Of a DNA stretch of 28,583 nucleotides, positions 7,345 through 17,105 are shown piece by piece. The stretch covers positions 1 through 28,583 of the forward strand of contig JBHLRS010000040.1 in NCBI GenBank assembly GCA_048882325.1, read 5' to 3'. The notes beneath the pieces were generated by a model. That model did not search any database. It was not told where the DNA came from and saw only the letters and a list, made by a program, of their open reading frames with translations. Numbering within the stretch: position 1 is the stretch's first letter; each line of letters begins with the position of its first letter. This DNA comes from Candidatus Thorarchaeota archaeon (GTDB lineage: Archaea; Asgardarchaeota; Thorarchaeia; Thorarchaeales; Thorarchaeaceae). The position numbers were made by a program, and so were the translations under genes.

Positions 7345-7779
7345 ATGTCAGACGACGTTCATGAGTACAAGGTTACAGTCGATTGGAAACATGGAAGAGT
7401 TGGAGATCTAACCATTGACGGAAAGCCCACAGTCGAGGTTGCATCGCCTCCTGAGTTTGACGGACCTGAAGGAATAATATCTCCAGAGGACCTATTTGTT
7501 GCAGCCGCGACTTCATGTTTTATGACAACGTTCGTGACCTTCAACAAGAAAATGCGTATCGAGTTCAAGTCATTCACATGCGAAGGTCACGGCACACTTG
7601 AACGTGTTGACAAGGGATTTCAGTTCACAAAACTCCTACTCAAAACAAAAGTAGGAGTTGAGTCTGAGGACCTTATTCCAAAGACTGAGAGAGCACTCGA
7701 ACTGGCTGGGAAATACTGTCTTGTTTCAAACTCGATGAAATGTCCAACTGAACACGAAAATGAGGTATTTGTTGAATAA
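7345..7779 (+). CDS. OsmC/Ohr family protein (tandem paralog)
   Basis: SPPEFDG...SPEDLFVAAATSC and KYCLVSNS motifs. Start placed at ATG 7345. Confidence 0.9.
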   Translation: MSDDVHEYKVTVDWKHGRVGDLTIDGKPTVEVASPPEFDGPEGIISPEDLFVAAATSCFMTTFVTFNKKMRIEFKSFTCEGHGTLERVDKGFQFTKLLLKTKVGVESEDLIPKTERALELAGKYCLVSNSMKCPTEHENEVFVE

Positions 7780-7810
7780 AGGAGGGATTGGAGCGATTGC
7801 TACCGTCCAA

Positions 7811-10282
7811 TCATTCTTCTTCTTCTGTTGACGGAAGGATGTAGATTACGTGCTCTGACTCAGGAAGAGTCACTTCCACGAACCCATCATCTTTTGGTTT
7901 TCCAAACCCAATTATCGTGACTCCATGCATAGCCTGAAGGTCTTTCATCCATGGTTTCAGATTTGTGGAGATGTATGCTTCAGGGAGTCCTTGCCTTAGA
8001 GAGAGCCCGTTCTCACGTTTGAACTTCCAAAAACCGGAATTTGTCTGCATCAATAGTTCGGTGAACTCCGTGAGAGCTGATTTCCAGCTTTTATCAGGTG
8101 ATGGGAAGCTATGTCGATGAATCCCTTTCTCATCATAGAGGTCCCTGTATATCCTGTCGGTGATGAACGGTGTCATTGGAGCAAGCGAAAGCGTAATGAT
8201 CTTCAAGACTTCATGCAGAGTGAACCAGGCTGATTGTTGCTCCTCCTTTGTGAATTTCCCATCAGTGTTGAAAGACCGTCCCTTTATCATCTCCAAAACA
8301 TGGTCGGCGAAGAAGTTCCAAGTGAACCCACGAATCTCAATTGCTGGTTTATGGAAGTCGAGTAGGTTACATTCAGGCACAATCCGTTCTACGAGTGCAT
8401 CTGCCTCTGCAAGTATCCACTGGTCAACTGGAGTCAGGTTCTTGAATGGAATCGGTTCCGGAATTGGAAACATGGAGATAAACCTAGCAACATTGTAGAG
8501 CTTGGTCATGAACTTCGAAACTCCTGCCAGACGATCCTCTGAGAATCTGACATCACTACCAAGTCCAGCTTCCAGAGCCCCATAGATCCGCATTGCATCT
8601 GCACCATACTTAATCACAAATGGCATTGGAGGAGGTGAGTTGCCCTTTGACTTACTCATAGTTTCTCCCTTGTCGTCAACCACATGACCAGAAACCCATA
8701 TCTCACTGAAAGCAGGTTTGCCAGTGAGTTGAAGTGTCCGTAGGAGTGAGTAATAGAGCCAGGTCCTCACAATGTCCTTACCCTGTGGACGCATAACATT
8801 ACTGAACCCTTTGGCGAAGAGCTCGTCATCATACATGTATCCTACAGCTTGCATACCACTAATCGATGAGTCCATCCAGGTATCAAAGGTCCGTTCTTCA
8901 CCTTTGAAGCCATCCTCTGCACCGCACTTCGGACATTTCTTGAAAGGGGGATCCTCTTTCCACGGTTGATAATATCGTGGCTCATCAGTTGGTTCAGGAA
9001 CCACCGCCTCTTCGCAAGAGTTGCAGTACCAGATAGGTATCTCAGTTCCGTAATACCTGCGTCTGCTTATCGGCCAATCCACTGTCACTCTATTGAGCCA
9101 GTCTATGAGTACCTGTCTGTGAAAATTGGGATAGAATGGAGTATCAGCTGCAATCTTGTGAAGTTCTTCGATGAAGTCCGTTTGCTTCACATAGTATTCA
9201 TCCATTGCTATGAACTCGATAGGAGTATTACTACGCCAACATTGAGGTACTCTCTGCATTGAGTCCTCTTGCTTGAAGATTAGTTTCTTGTCTTTCAAGT
9301 CAGCGACCATCCTCTTTCGAGCCTCTGCAACCTTTATCCCAGCGTATGCACCAGCAGCCTTTGTCATTGTACCATCAGTCGAAACTGCAGCGATAGGAGT
9401 GAGTGCATGGTCTCGGAAAGCCATGACATCGCCTTGATCTCCATAACTACATACCATTAGTGCACCAGTTCCAAACTCCATCTGCGCGGTTGGACTAGGA
9501 ATAATGGGAACATCCATTTCAAAAAGGGGCACCTTCGCTGTCTTCCCTTGATATGATTTGTATCGTTCATCATCAGGGTGGACAAACACTGCACCGCATG
9601 CACAGAGTAACTCTGGCCGGGTTGTGGCAATCTCAAGAGGGTCAAGTCCTTCCACTGCAAAATACAGATAGTGGAGTTGTGTTGGACGTTCAGCATATTC
9701 AACCTCTGCATCCGCGATTGTTGTTCCACAGTCAAAGCACCAGTTGTTCGGACGATAATCACTATAGACAAGCCCTTTGTTCCAGATGTCAATGAAAGTG
9801 GCCTGAGTCACAGCTCGATATCTTGGACTGTCTGTCCGATAACTGCCTTCATCCTCATATGTGTTGAAAGCAATTCCCAGTCTCTTGAAACCTTCAAGTG
9901 TTATCTTCTCATCGGCATCAAGACGTTCCTTGCAGAGATGGAGAAACTCGTCACGAGGGGTTTGATGCATACTGATTCCAAGTTCTTTCTCGACTCGAAC
10001 CTCTACTGGAAGGCCATTTCGATCAATACCAAGTGGGAAGTTCACCTCAAGACCTTGCATTCTTCTATAACGTGCGATGGTGTCAATCTGTGTGTAGTGG
10101 ATTACCTGTCCCACGTGCATTGGGCCAGACAAATAGGGTGGTGGTGTGTCTACAGTGTATAGTGTCTTCCCAGAGTTCATGTCGAACTCGTAAGTGTCCT
10201 CATTCCCCCAGAGCTCAAGTATTTCTGCCTCTGCTTCAGGCTTCCAGCGTTTAGACTTAATTTTGGGTTCTAGCTTCGACAA
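7811..10282 (-). CDS. valS: valyl-tRNA synthetase (archaeal type)
   Basis: DTPPPYLSG.MHVGQ (HIGH), ATTRPE editing motif, DWPISRRRYYG, FDTWMDS, QGKDIVRTW, TMSKS (KMSKS). Likely TTG start at 10282 with AAGGAG SD. Confidence 0.95.
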   Translation of the reverse strand: MSKLEPKIKSKRWKPEAEAEILELWGNEDTYEFDMNSGKTLYTVDTPPPYLSGPMHVGQVIHYTQIDTIARYRRMQGLEVNFPLGIDRNGLPVEVRVEKELGISMHQTPRDEFLHLCKERLDADEKITLEGFKRLGIAFNTYEDEGSYRTDSPRYRAVTQATFIDIWNKGLVYSDYRPNNWCFDCGTTIADAEVEYAERPTQLHYLYFAVEGLDPLEIATTRPELLCACGAVFVHPDDERYKSYQGKTAKVPLFEMDVPIIPSPTAQMEFGTGALMVCSYGDQGDVMAFRDHALTPIAAVSTDGTMTKAAGAYAGIKVAEARKRMVADLKDKKLIFKQEDSMQRVPQCWRSNTPIEFIAMDEYYVKQTDFIEELHKIAADTPFYPNFHRQVLIDWLNRVTVDWPISRRRYYGTEIPIWYCNSCEEAVVPEPTDEPRYYQPWKEDPPFKKCPKCGAEDGFKGEERTFDTWMDSSISGMQAVGYMYDDELFAKGFSNVMRPQGKDIVRTWLYYSLLRTLQLTGKPAFSEIWVSGHVVDDKGETMSKSKGNSPPPMPFVIKYGADAMRIYGALEAGLGSDVRFSEDRLAGVSKFMTKLYNVARFISMFPIPEPIPFKNLTPVDQWILAEADALVERIVPECNLLDFHKPAIEIRGFTWNFFADHVLEMIKGRSFNTDGKFTKEEQQSAWFTLHEVLKIITLSLAPMTPFITDRIYRDLYDEKGIHRHSFPSPDKSWKSALTEFTELLMQTNSGFWKFKRENGLSLRQGLPEAYISTNLKPWMKDLQAMHGVTIIGFGKPKDDGFVEVTLPESEHVIYILPSTEEEE

Positions 10283-10438
10283 AAGGATCAGTCTCCTTGA
10301 TGTCAGCAAGGATCGGCACTTGCCGCTCACGCTCGATGTAAGTGACATACCTAAAAGGGTTATGGGCAAGTGAAACTGACCAGTGCGAGACCGCTTGCTG
10401 GCTTCGCCTTTCTTAATAGTTAGATTGTCCAATCAGCG

Positions 10439-11410
10439 ATGATGATCAATCCAAGGACCAGTCTTTTACTTATATTGCTGCTATCACTCTTTCTAGTTCA
10501 ACCAGTGAGTGCATGTACAATCTTCATGGCGAGTTCAGGCGATGATGTGCTTGCAGGCAACAATGAAGACTGGTACCCGATTAACTCCTACATACAATTC
10601 ATTCCTGGTGATGAAGAGGAGTTTGGGCAGGTCTACTTTGGGACAAGTGAGTGGTATGCTGAAGGAGGCATGAACACAGCCGGACTGTTCTATGATGCTG
10701 CTGCGATTCCCGAGGTGACAATGAATGACCATCCTGAGAAATCATCGCAGCCAAACTGGCCTCCAGTGACAATGCTTGAGAGTTGTGCTAACTTGAGTGA
10801 AGCCATCCAGTTGTTCAACAGTAGCCGATTTGATACTTCTATTAGTTGGCAGCTCTTGGTCGCAGATGGGAATGGCGACGCTGCTGTATTCGCACCAGGC
10901 TCTGATGGCGAGTGGCACTTCATCTCGAGGGACACCGCGGATTTCCTGGTTGTGACGAATTTCAATCTGGCAATTACACCAGACTACACTGGAAGTTTGC
11001 GCTACAACACTGCTACGAACATGCTCGAAGAAATGGGTCCGAATCTATCTGTTGAGTACTTCACATCCATACTTGACGCGGTCCACAACCATGCTGGAGG
11101 AGGTAGTGAAACAATCTATTCGAATATCTGCGACTTGGTAAACAAGGAGATCTATCTATTCTACAATCAGGATTTCAGCCAAACTCTGAGATTCAATCTT
11201 GAGGAAGAGCTACTACAGGGGCCACACCTCTATAAGATGGCAGATCTCTTTCCGGAAGTTGAAACAACTAGTACTACTACTTCATCTACAACCACAACCG
11301 AGACCACTCAGCCTCCGTCTAATCCATCCTTCTCAGTTGCCATACCAGCAATGCTTGGTGGTGCTTTGTTTGGACTGATGGTGATAGGATTCTTCTCACG
11401 TAGGAGATAG
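10439..11410 (+). CDS. secreted, C-terminally anchored N-terminal-nucleophile (Cys) hydrolase (choloylglycine hydrolase/C45-like)
   Basis: Signal peptide ending VSA followed by CT, GNNEDW, GMNTAGL and TNF motifs, Thr-rich linker, C-terminal TM helix and RRR tail. Confidence 0.78.
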   Translation: MMINPRTSLLLILLLSLFLVQPVSACTIFMASSGDDVLAGNNEDWYPINSYIQFIPGDEEEFGQVYFGTSEWYAEGGMNTAGLFYDAAAIPEVTMNDHPEKSSQPNWPPVTMLESCANLSEAIQLFNSSRFDTSISWQLLVADGNGDAAVFAPGSDGEWHFISRDTADFLVVTNFNLAITPDYTGSLRYNTATNMLEEMGPNLSVEYFTSILDAVHNHAGGGSETIYSNICDLVNKEIYLFYNQDFSQTLRFNLEEELLQGPHLYKMADLFPEVETTSTTTSSTTTTETTQPPSNPSFSVAIPAMLGGALFGLMVIGFFSRRR

Positions 11411-11448
11411 CGAAAGAGTTATTCATGTGCATTAACGATTGTTCACTC

Positions 11449-12429
11449 ATGATGTATAGGAAGCTGGGGCGGACAGGCCTCAAGGTATCACGATTCATTC
11501 TTGGAACAATGCAGATGGGCTGGATTGTGAATGCTGAGAATAGTCACAAACTGTTGGATGCAGCTCTTGAAGCTGGAGTAAATACACTTGACACAGCCAA
11601 TATTTACAGCAAATGGGGTGAAGGGTCCTATCCGGGTAAGTCAGAGGAGATTATTGGTGGGTGGATAACAGACAGGAGTATCAGGGAGGATATTGTGCTT
11701 GCCACAAAGGTAAGAGGAGAAATGAGCGACAGACCAGTAGATGCAGGACTCTCACGCAGACACATTATGGATGCAATCGAGATGAGCTTAGAGAGACTGA
11801 ACACAGAGTGGATTGACATCTATTGGAGTCATTGGCCAGATCCAGACACACCTCAGGAGGAAACTCTCAACGCATTCACCAGCCTAATTGAGAGTGGTGC
11901 AGTACATTACATTGGAGCATCAAATCACACTGCCGCAGAGATTGTGGAGTCTCTGTGGATCAGTGACGTGAACGGTCTATCAAGATATGAGGCAGTACAA
12001 CCGCCCTATAGTCTGGCGCGTAGACGTGACTTTGAGAGACATCTTCAACCAGTGATTGAGAAGTACAATCTTGGGGTCACCAGTTATAGTCCGTTGGGTG
12101 GTGGATTCCTTACTGGTAGATACTCTAAAGATAAGTTGCCTGATTCGAAGCGAGCCGAAACCACAAAGACTCGGTACTTCAAGGAACGTAACTTCCGGAT
12201 TGTGGACGCGCTGAAGGAACTTGCTCGGTCTCATGATGCTACAGTTCCTCAAATTGCACTGGCGTGGGTGCTTACTCAAGAAATAGTAACCGCCCCAATA
12301 GTTGGAGCAAACTCACCTGAGCAGCTCGAAGAAAATCTTGGAGCACTCGATCTGAAGCTCACCACAGATGACATCGAGCGTCTGAATGAAGTGTCTGATT
12401 GGGCGGAAATGGACAATTTGGCACGTTAG
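11449..12429 (+). CDS. aldo/keto reductase
   Basis: YRKLGRTGLKVS, DTANIY, VLATK, IDIYWSHWPD, YSPLGGGFLTG, QIALAW motifs. Confidence 0.95.
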   Translation: MMYRKLGRTGLKVSRFILGTMQMGWIVNAENSHKLLDAALEAGVNTLDTANIYSKWGEGSYPGKSEEIIGGWITDRSIREDIVLATKVRGEMSDRPVDAGLSRRHIMDAIEMSLERLNTEWIDIYWSHWPDPDTPQEETLNAFTSLIESGAVHYIGASNHTAAEIVESLWISDVNGLSRYEAVQPPYSLARRRDFERHLQPVIEKYNLGVTSYSPLGGGFLTGRYSKDKLPDSKRAETTKTRYFKERNFRIVDALKELARSHDATVPQIALAWVLTQEIVTAPIVGANSPEQLEENLGALDLKLTTDDIERLNEVSDWAEMDNLAR

Positions 12430-12547
12430 ACTATGTTTTGAGGCATTTCTGACTAGTCGAAATATCGACGAACTGGTCTATTCAAGAAAGCGTTATTAAT
12501 GCAGTCCAGTAGATGAACCTGTTCGTAAGTGATTCAGGAGACAATCT

Positions 12548-13240
12548 ATGAGAGTCGTACTCAAGATTGGAGGTTCACTCCTCTATGATGATGGAGGTCA
12601 AATTCGCATTGACCGACTGAGAGAGTACGCTGACTCAATCAAGTCCTTGGTCAAGGATGGACATACATTGGTTGTTGTTGTGGGTGGCGGAATACCCGCA
12701 CGAGTCTATATCGAGGCAGCTCGGGTACTTGGTGCAAATGAGGCCCAATGTGATTGGCTTGGAATCAAAGCAGCCAGAAACAACGCTGAGCTACTCTGTG
12801 CAGCTCTAGGAAGCATTGCATATCCCAAGATAATAGATGACTATGACGAGCTTGAAGTAGCAGTCAACCTTGGCAAGGTCGTTTTGTTGGGAGGCATGGT
12901 CCCTGGACAGTCAACCAATGCGGTGGCTGCAGCTTCTGCAGAGCTGATTCAGGCAGATATGTTATTCAACGCAACGAATGTAGATGGTGTCTATGATCGA
13001 AACCCTGAGGAAAAAGGCGCGAAGAAACTTGACAGTGTCAACATTTCTCAGTTGAGAAAGATTCTCTCCTCAGAAGGTACGAAGGCTGGTCAATACAACC
13101 TGTTTGACCCAGTCGCAATCGGGATTGTCGAACGGTCACAGATACCTACCGTGATATTCAATGGCAACGACCCAGAAAATCTGAAGAAAGCTTTCAACAA
13201 GGAGAAGATTGGAACTCGAATCATGCACCAGACGAACTGA
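12548..13240 (+). CDS. pyrH: uridylate kinase (archaeal type)
   Basis: VVLKIGGS, VVVGGG..AR.YI, D.LGI.A.R.NA, PGQSTNAVAA, ATNVDGVY motifs. Confidence 0.94.
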   Translation: MRVVLKIGGSLLYDDGGQIRIDRLREYADSIKSLVKDGHTLVVVVGGGIPARVYIEAARVLGANEAQCDWLGIKAARNNAELLCAALGSIAYPKIIDDYDELEVAVNLGKVVLLGGMVPGQSTNAVAAASAELIQADMLFNATNVDGVYDRNPEEKGAKKLDSVNISQLRKILSSEGTKAGQYNLFDPVAIGIVERSQIPTVIFNGNDPENLKKAFNKEKIGTRIMHQTN

Positions 13241-13265
13241 TGAATCAACAAGAGGCGAAAAGAAG

Positions 13266-13556
13266 TTGAAGAGACTGCTTGAGAAGATATTTGCATCCCG
13301 TGCACAGACCCGTGTAGTCCAGCACTTTCTAGACCGTCCAAAGGAATTCTTCAATCTAAGCAGGTTGGCAAAGGAAACAGGTCTTGCTCACTCGACGATT
13401 CACCGTGTGATGCAACCTCTTGTTGATATGGGTCTGGTGAAGGAGATTAAAGCAGGGCAACAGATTCGACTGTTCATTCTTGAAACTGAGGATGATCGTT
13501 CCAAGATAATCTCAGACTTCTATGATAAGATTAAACCTCATCTAGAGACAAGCTAG
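13266..13556 (+). CDS. small winged-helix DNA-binding protein
   Basis: IFASRAQTRVV...FNLSRLAKETGLAHSTIHRVMQPLVDMGLV HTH pattern. Probable TTG start at 13266. Confidence 0.75.
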   Translation: MKRLLEKIFASRAQTRVVQHFLDRPKEFFNLSRLAKETGLAHSTIHRVMQPLVDMGLVKEIKAGQQIRLFILETEDDRSKIISDFYDKIKPHLETS

Positions 13557-13626
13557 CAAGAGAGTTCTGAGAAAGTCATTTTTCGCCAAAACGGCTATAT
13601 TGAGATGTAATCTTCCTGCAGACTGT

Positions 13627-13744
13627 GCCGAGGTAGCCAAGCGGTCAACGGCGACGGACTCAAGATCAATCAATAGTCGCCAGACTCTGATGAGACATCC
13701 GTTCTCGTAGGGGTTCGGGAGTTCGAATCTCCCCCTCGGCACCA
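13627..13744 (+). tRNA. tRNA-Leu(CAA) with 32-nt canonical 37/38 intron (13665-13696); CCA encoded
   Basis: Acceptor GCCGAGG/CCTCGGC, anticodon stem ACGGA/TCCGT, long variable arm, T-arm GGGAG-TTCGAAT-CTCCC and ACCA end. BHB has CTCA/TGAG helix with AGA and ACA bulges. TATATT at 13596-13601 upstream. Confidence 0.96.
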
Positions 13745-13841
13745 TGTCTTTTGTCACTATTACTATCAAAATCATTGGGTATGACTTGGAATTGAGTTTT
13801 GCACTCAGATTCATATATCCACACTATAATACCGAGTTCTT

Positions 13842-14780
13842 GTGACTGACCGAGTGTACATCCTTGGTGCGGGAGCCATAGGACTTGCGTTAGCTGTAAA
13901 TCTGAATCTTGAATCTCGAGAAGTGATTCTTGTTAGAACAAGTAGAGCTGATGTATCTAAGAGATCGAGTATAATTTCCATGACCAATGCTGACGATGAG
14001 TTAGTCCAAATGCAGATGGATATGGTTTCACTTGATAAGCTAAGACATCTAGATGGGATTGTTGTCAACACAGCCAAATCGTATGCCAATGAGATGATTG
14101 CCAATAAACTTGCAAGGATGAGGATAGAGTCACCCATAGTGGTGATGCAAAATGGAATGGGTGTGGAGCGACCATTTCTTGACGCAGGTTTTGCTGAAAT
14201 CTATAGATGTATTCTTTTTTCTACAAGTCAAAAAATGGATGAGTTGCATATCAGATACAGACCTATAGCTCCCTCTCCAATAGGGATTATCAGAGGAGAT
14301 GTTCAAACTCTCCATGGGATAGTAAACGCTCTCAATACTTCTGGTTTTCAGTTCTCAGCTGTAGAAGATATACAGGAGAAGATCTGGCAGAAGACAATCC
14401 TCAACTCTGTCTTCAATTCAATTTGCCCTTTGCTTGATGTAGATAATGGTATCTTTCACAGAAATGATGAGATAGCTCGCATAGCATTGGAGGTGATGGA
14501 AGAGTGTGCGTTGGTTGCTTCTGCAGTCGGTGTCAAAGTAGACATCAATCAATTGAAGCAGCAAATGCTTGCAATTAGCAAAGCGGCAGATGGCCAGTTT
14601 ATCTCAACCTTGCAAGATATTCGAAACGGACGAGAAACTGAAATCAGTTCATTAAATTTGGCGATTGCTAGAATCGCTGATGAGCAGAATCCAAAGATTC
14701 GGATAGATAAAACAAGAATCCTCGGAGAGCTAACTTTCCTTAAGTCAGAGATTTCGAGAGTTAGAAACGATGTGAAATAG
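13842..14780 (+). CDS. panE: 2-dehydropantoate 2-reductase (PanE/ApbA family)
   Basis: ILGAGAIG, AKSY, MQNGMG, IWQK..LNSVFN, STLQDI..GRETEI motifs; GTG start. Confidence 0.85.
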   Translation: MTDRVYILGAGAIGLALAVNLNLESREVILVRTSRADVSKRSSIISMTNADDELVQMQMDMVSLDKLRHLDGIVVNTAKSYANEMIANKLARMRIESPIVVMQNGMGVERPFLDAGFAEIYRCILFSTSQKMDELHIRYRPIAPSPIGIIRGDVQTLHGIVNALNTSGFQFSAVEDIQEKIWQKTILNSVFNSICPLLDVDNGIFHRNDEIARIALEVMEECALVASAVGVKVDINQLKQQMLAISKAADGQFISTLQDIRNGRETEISSLNLAIARIADEQNPKIRIDKTRILGELTFLKSEISRVRNDVK

Positions 14781-14807
14781 TGTTCGGTTCTTTACTCAAG
14801 TGATTGT

Positions 14808-15266
14808 TCATTTTCTAATTCGGACTACTTCTGCACCTGTTTCTTTGAGAATGGTTGCAGGACCTATTCTGAGGAGATGTCGATCGGTTCCCCCACCTCC
14901 AATCACTTCGGTCATTTCCATGACTTTAGGATCGATGAGCACCTCTGCGTTTTTGATGGCGATTGGTGGTGTCCCACCAACCGCGAATCCTGTCAGGTCA
15001 AATGCTTCCTCAGGTGATGCAAGTTTGGGTGGTGGAGTGTTGAGTGCTTTTCCTACTCTCTTTGAACTTACTCGGTCAGTACCTTTAACGATTGCTAGAA
15101 CTACTCGGTCACCATCTAAGAAGACAACTGTCTTGATGAACCGTTCGGGGGGAACTCCAAGTTCTTTTGATGCTGCATCAACGGAATGAACACGGCCCCT
15201 CATATTGAGAATTTCAGCTTCAAGTTCATTTGCGTCGATATAGTTCTGCAAATCATGATTATCCAA
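14808..15266 (-). CDS. YbaK/EbsC family aminoacyl-tRNA deacylase
   Basis: IKTVV (conserved Lys), LASPEEA..LTGF.VGGTPP and GGG motifs; TTG start. Confidence 0.88.
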   Translation of the reverse strand: MDNHDLQNYIDANELEAEILNMRGRVHSVDAASKELGVPPERFIKTVVFLDGDRVVLAIVKGTDRVSSKRVGKALNTPPPKLASPEEAFDLTGFAVGGTPPIAIKNAEVLIDPKVMEMTEVIGGGGTDRHLLRIGPATILKETGAEVVRIRK

Positions 15267-15378
15267 GTGTTTTCACTCTCATGAAACCATCATCAACAGA
15301 ATACGGATTGAGGATAATAAATTTGGCAAACAAGAATGAGGAAACATCCTACTCGCCACAATTTGATGGTGAGAAATG

Positions 15379-17100
15379 TTATTTCTGAATCGTCTTCATC
15401 AGCTTCTTCAGCGGATAGGTGTTTATGACATCTGCAGCAGTCAACCACCCACGTCGTGCCTGATAGATTCCAAACTGCATGTTGTCAAGTTCTGGGATAC
15501 TATGCGCATCTGTGTTGATAGCAATCTTCAGACCTGTCTTTATAGCAGCACGTAGGTTTCCGGGATTCAAGTCAAGCCTTTGTGGGTGTGCATTCAGTTC
15601 CATGACTACATTGTTTCTCTGTGCATATTCAAACACTTGTTCTAGGTCAATCTCGAATTCAGACCTTTTTCCAATCAGACGACCGGTGGGATGGCCAAGG
15701 ATATGGATGTACTTGTTCTCTAGCGCATGACCGACGCGCTCGGTCATGATTTCCTTAGTGTCCTTCATTCGACTGTGAATAGATGCGGTGACAATGTCGA
15801 GCTGTGAAAGGACTTCATCCTCAATGTCAAGTCCGCCATCAGCTAGGATATCAACCTCTGCACCTTTCAGGATCTTCATCTTCCAACGTCCAGAAGCATT
15901 GAGTTCATCAATCTCCTCGATTCGTTTTAGTAGACGTCCCTCATCCATACCATTTGCAATCGTGAGACTCTGCGTGTGGTCTGACACACAATAGTACTCA
16001 TAACCACGGGACTGAGCTGCATCAAGCATCTCCTCAATAGTGTTCTTTCCATCCGACTGATCCGTGTGACTATGCAGGTCACCACGAATGTTCTTCAGCA
16101 TGATTAGGTCGGGAAGTTTGCCGTCCTGAGCTGCTTCTATCTCGCCAGAGTCCTCTCGTAACTCAGGAGGCACCCATTGGAGTCCAAGTGCCTCATAGAT
16201 ACCCTCCTCAGTCTCACCAGCCACCTTCTTCTTGTTCTTGAACAGACCATACTCGTTCAGTCGTAATCCTTTCTTCTGAGCAATTGAACGCAGTCTGACA
16301 TTGTGGTCTACGTTTCCTGTGAAGTATTGAAGACCCGCACCGAAACTTTCGCTGGGTAGAACTCTGAGATCTACCTGAAGACCTGTATCCAGTCGTATTG
16401 ACGACTTCGTTGGTCCATGAGCGATGATTGCGGTTACTCCCTCTGAGTTTACAAATGCATCCATCACAGTTTCGGGGTTATTTGCATCAACAATGAAGTC
16501 AAGATCACCAATCGTTTCGCGTTTCCGTCTGGAAGAACCTGCAATGATGAGCTGTTTCACAGTCTTTAAACCGCTAAGTTCTTGCTCGATCCTCTCAGCA
16601 ACTGCCAAAGCATCAGCAAGTAATGTCCTTCCTAGTCCTGAGCGGACCACCTGAATTCCTTCTATGATTTGGGTCTGGGTTTTTTCACCAAGACCCGGTA
16701 GTTCTGAGAGCTTCCCCTCATTGGCTGCCTTCTCTAGAGAATCAAGATCAGTGACCCCCAGCTTCTCATAGACGATTTTGATTGTTGCAGGACCTACTCC
16801 TGGAATTGCATCCAGCTCTAGAGCCTTTACTGGAACACGTGTTCTAAGTTCAGTGAGAATTTCCACTTCTCCAGTTTCAAGATAGCTTTTGATGACCCCT
16901 GAGAGACTTTTGCCGATTCCCTGAATATCTGTAAGGGCGTCTCGTTTTGCTACTGCCTCGACATCTTCGCCCAGAGAAGAAATGGACCTCATTCCGCGAT
17001 AATACGCACGAGGCTTGAATTTGTCCTTCCCTTCTATCTCTAAAAGAAGGCCTATCTCTTTGAGAACACGGGCGACCTCAGCATTCCTAGACACTTGCAC
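15379..17100 (-). CDS. polX: family X DNA polymerase with C-terminal PHP domain
   Basis: HhH motifs (IQGIGK, IPGVGP, LPGLGEKT), GSSRR..ETIGDLD, QVDLR, LQYFTG, LNEYGL, and PHP motifs DLHSHT..SDG, SDH, GHPTGR, NTDAH. Confidence 0.95.
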   Translation of the reverse strand: MQVSRNAEVARVLKEIGLLLEIEGKDKFKPRAYYRGMRSISSLGEDVEAVAKRDALTDIQGIGKSLSGVIKSYLETGEVEILTELRTRVPVKALELDAIPGVGPATIKIVYEKLGVTDLDSLEKAANEGKLSELPGLGEKTQTQIIEGIQVVRSGLGRTLLADALAVAERIEQELSGLKTVKQLIIAGSSRRKRETIGDLDFIVDANNPETVMDAFVNSEGVTAIIAHGPTKSSIRLDTGLQVDLRVLPSESFGAGLQYFTGNVDHNVRLRSIAQKKGLRLNEYGLFKNKKKVAGETEEGIYEALGLQWVPPELREDSGEIEAAQDGKLPDLIMLKNIRGDLHSHTDQSDGKNTIEEMLDAAQSRGYEYYCVSDHTQSLTIANGMDEGRLLKRIEEIDELNASGRWKMKILKGAEVDILADGGLDIEDEVLSQLDIVTASIHSRMKDTKEIMTERVGHALENKYIHILGHPTGRLIGKRSEFEIDLEQVFEYAQRNNVVMELNAHPQRLDLNPGNLRAAIKTGLKIAINTDAHSIPELDNMQFGIYQARRGWLTAADVINTYPLKKLMKTIQK

Positions 17101-17105
17101 TCCTC

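Noticed and set aside
10283-10432. 50-aa N-terminal extension of ValRS
   Set aside because: An SD-preceded TTG lies at 10282, and the extension would occupy the divergent promoter region.
13665-13696. CTGATGAG in the tRNA-Leu intron as a hammerhead core or C/D guide
   Set aside because: No GAAA partner or three-helix junction, too short for a guide, and these bases are explained by BHB pairing.
13542-14137. Minus-strand ORFs over tRNA-Leu and panE
   Set aside because: Shadow ORFs antisense to well-supported genes.
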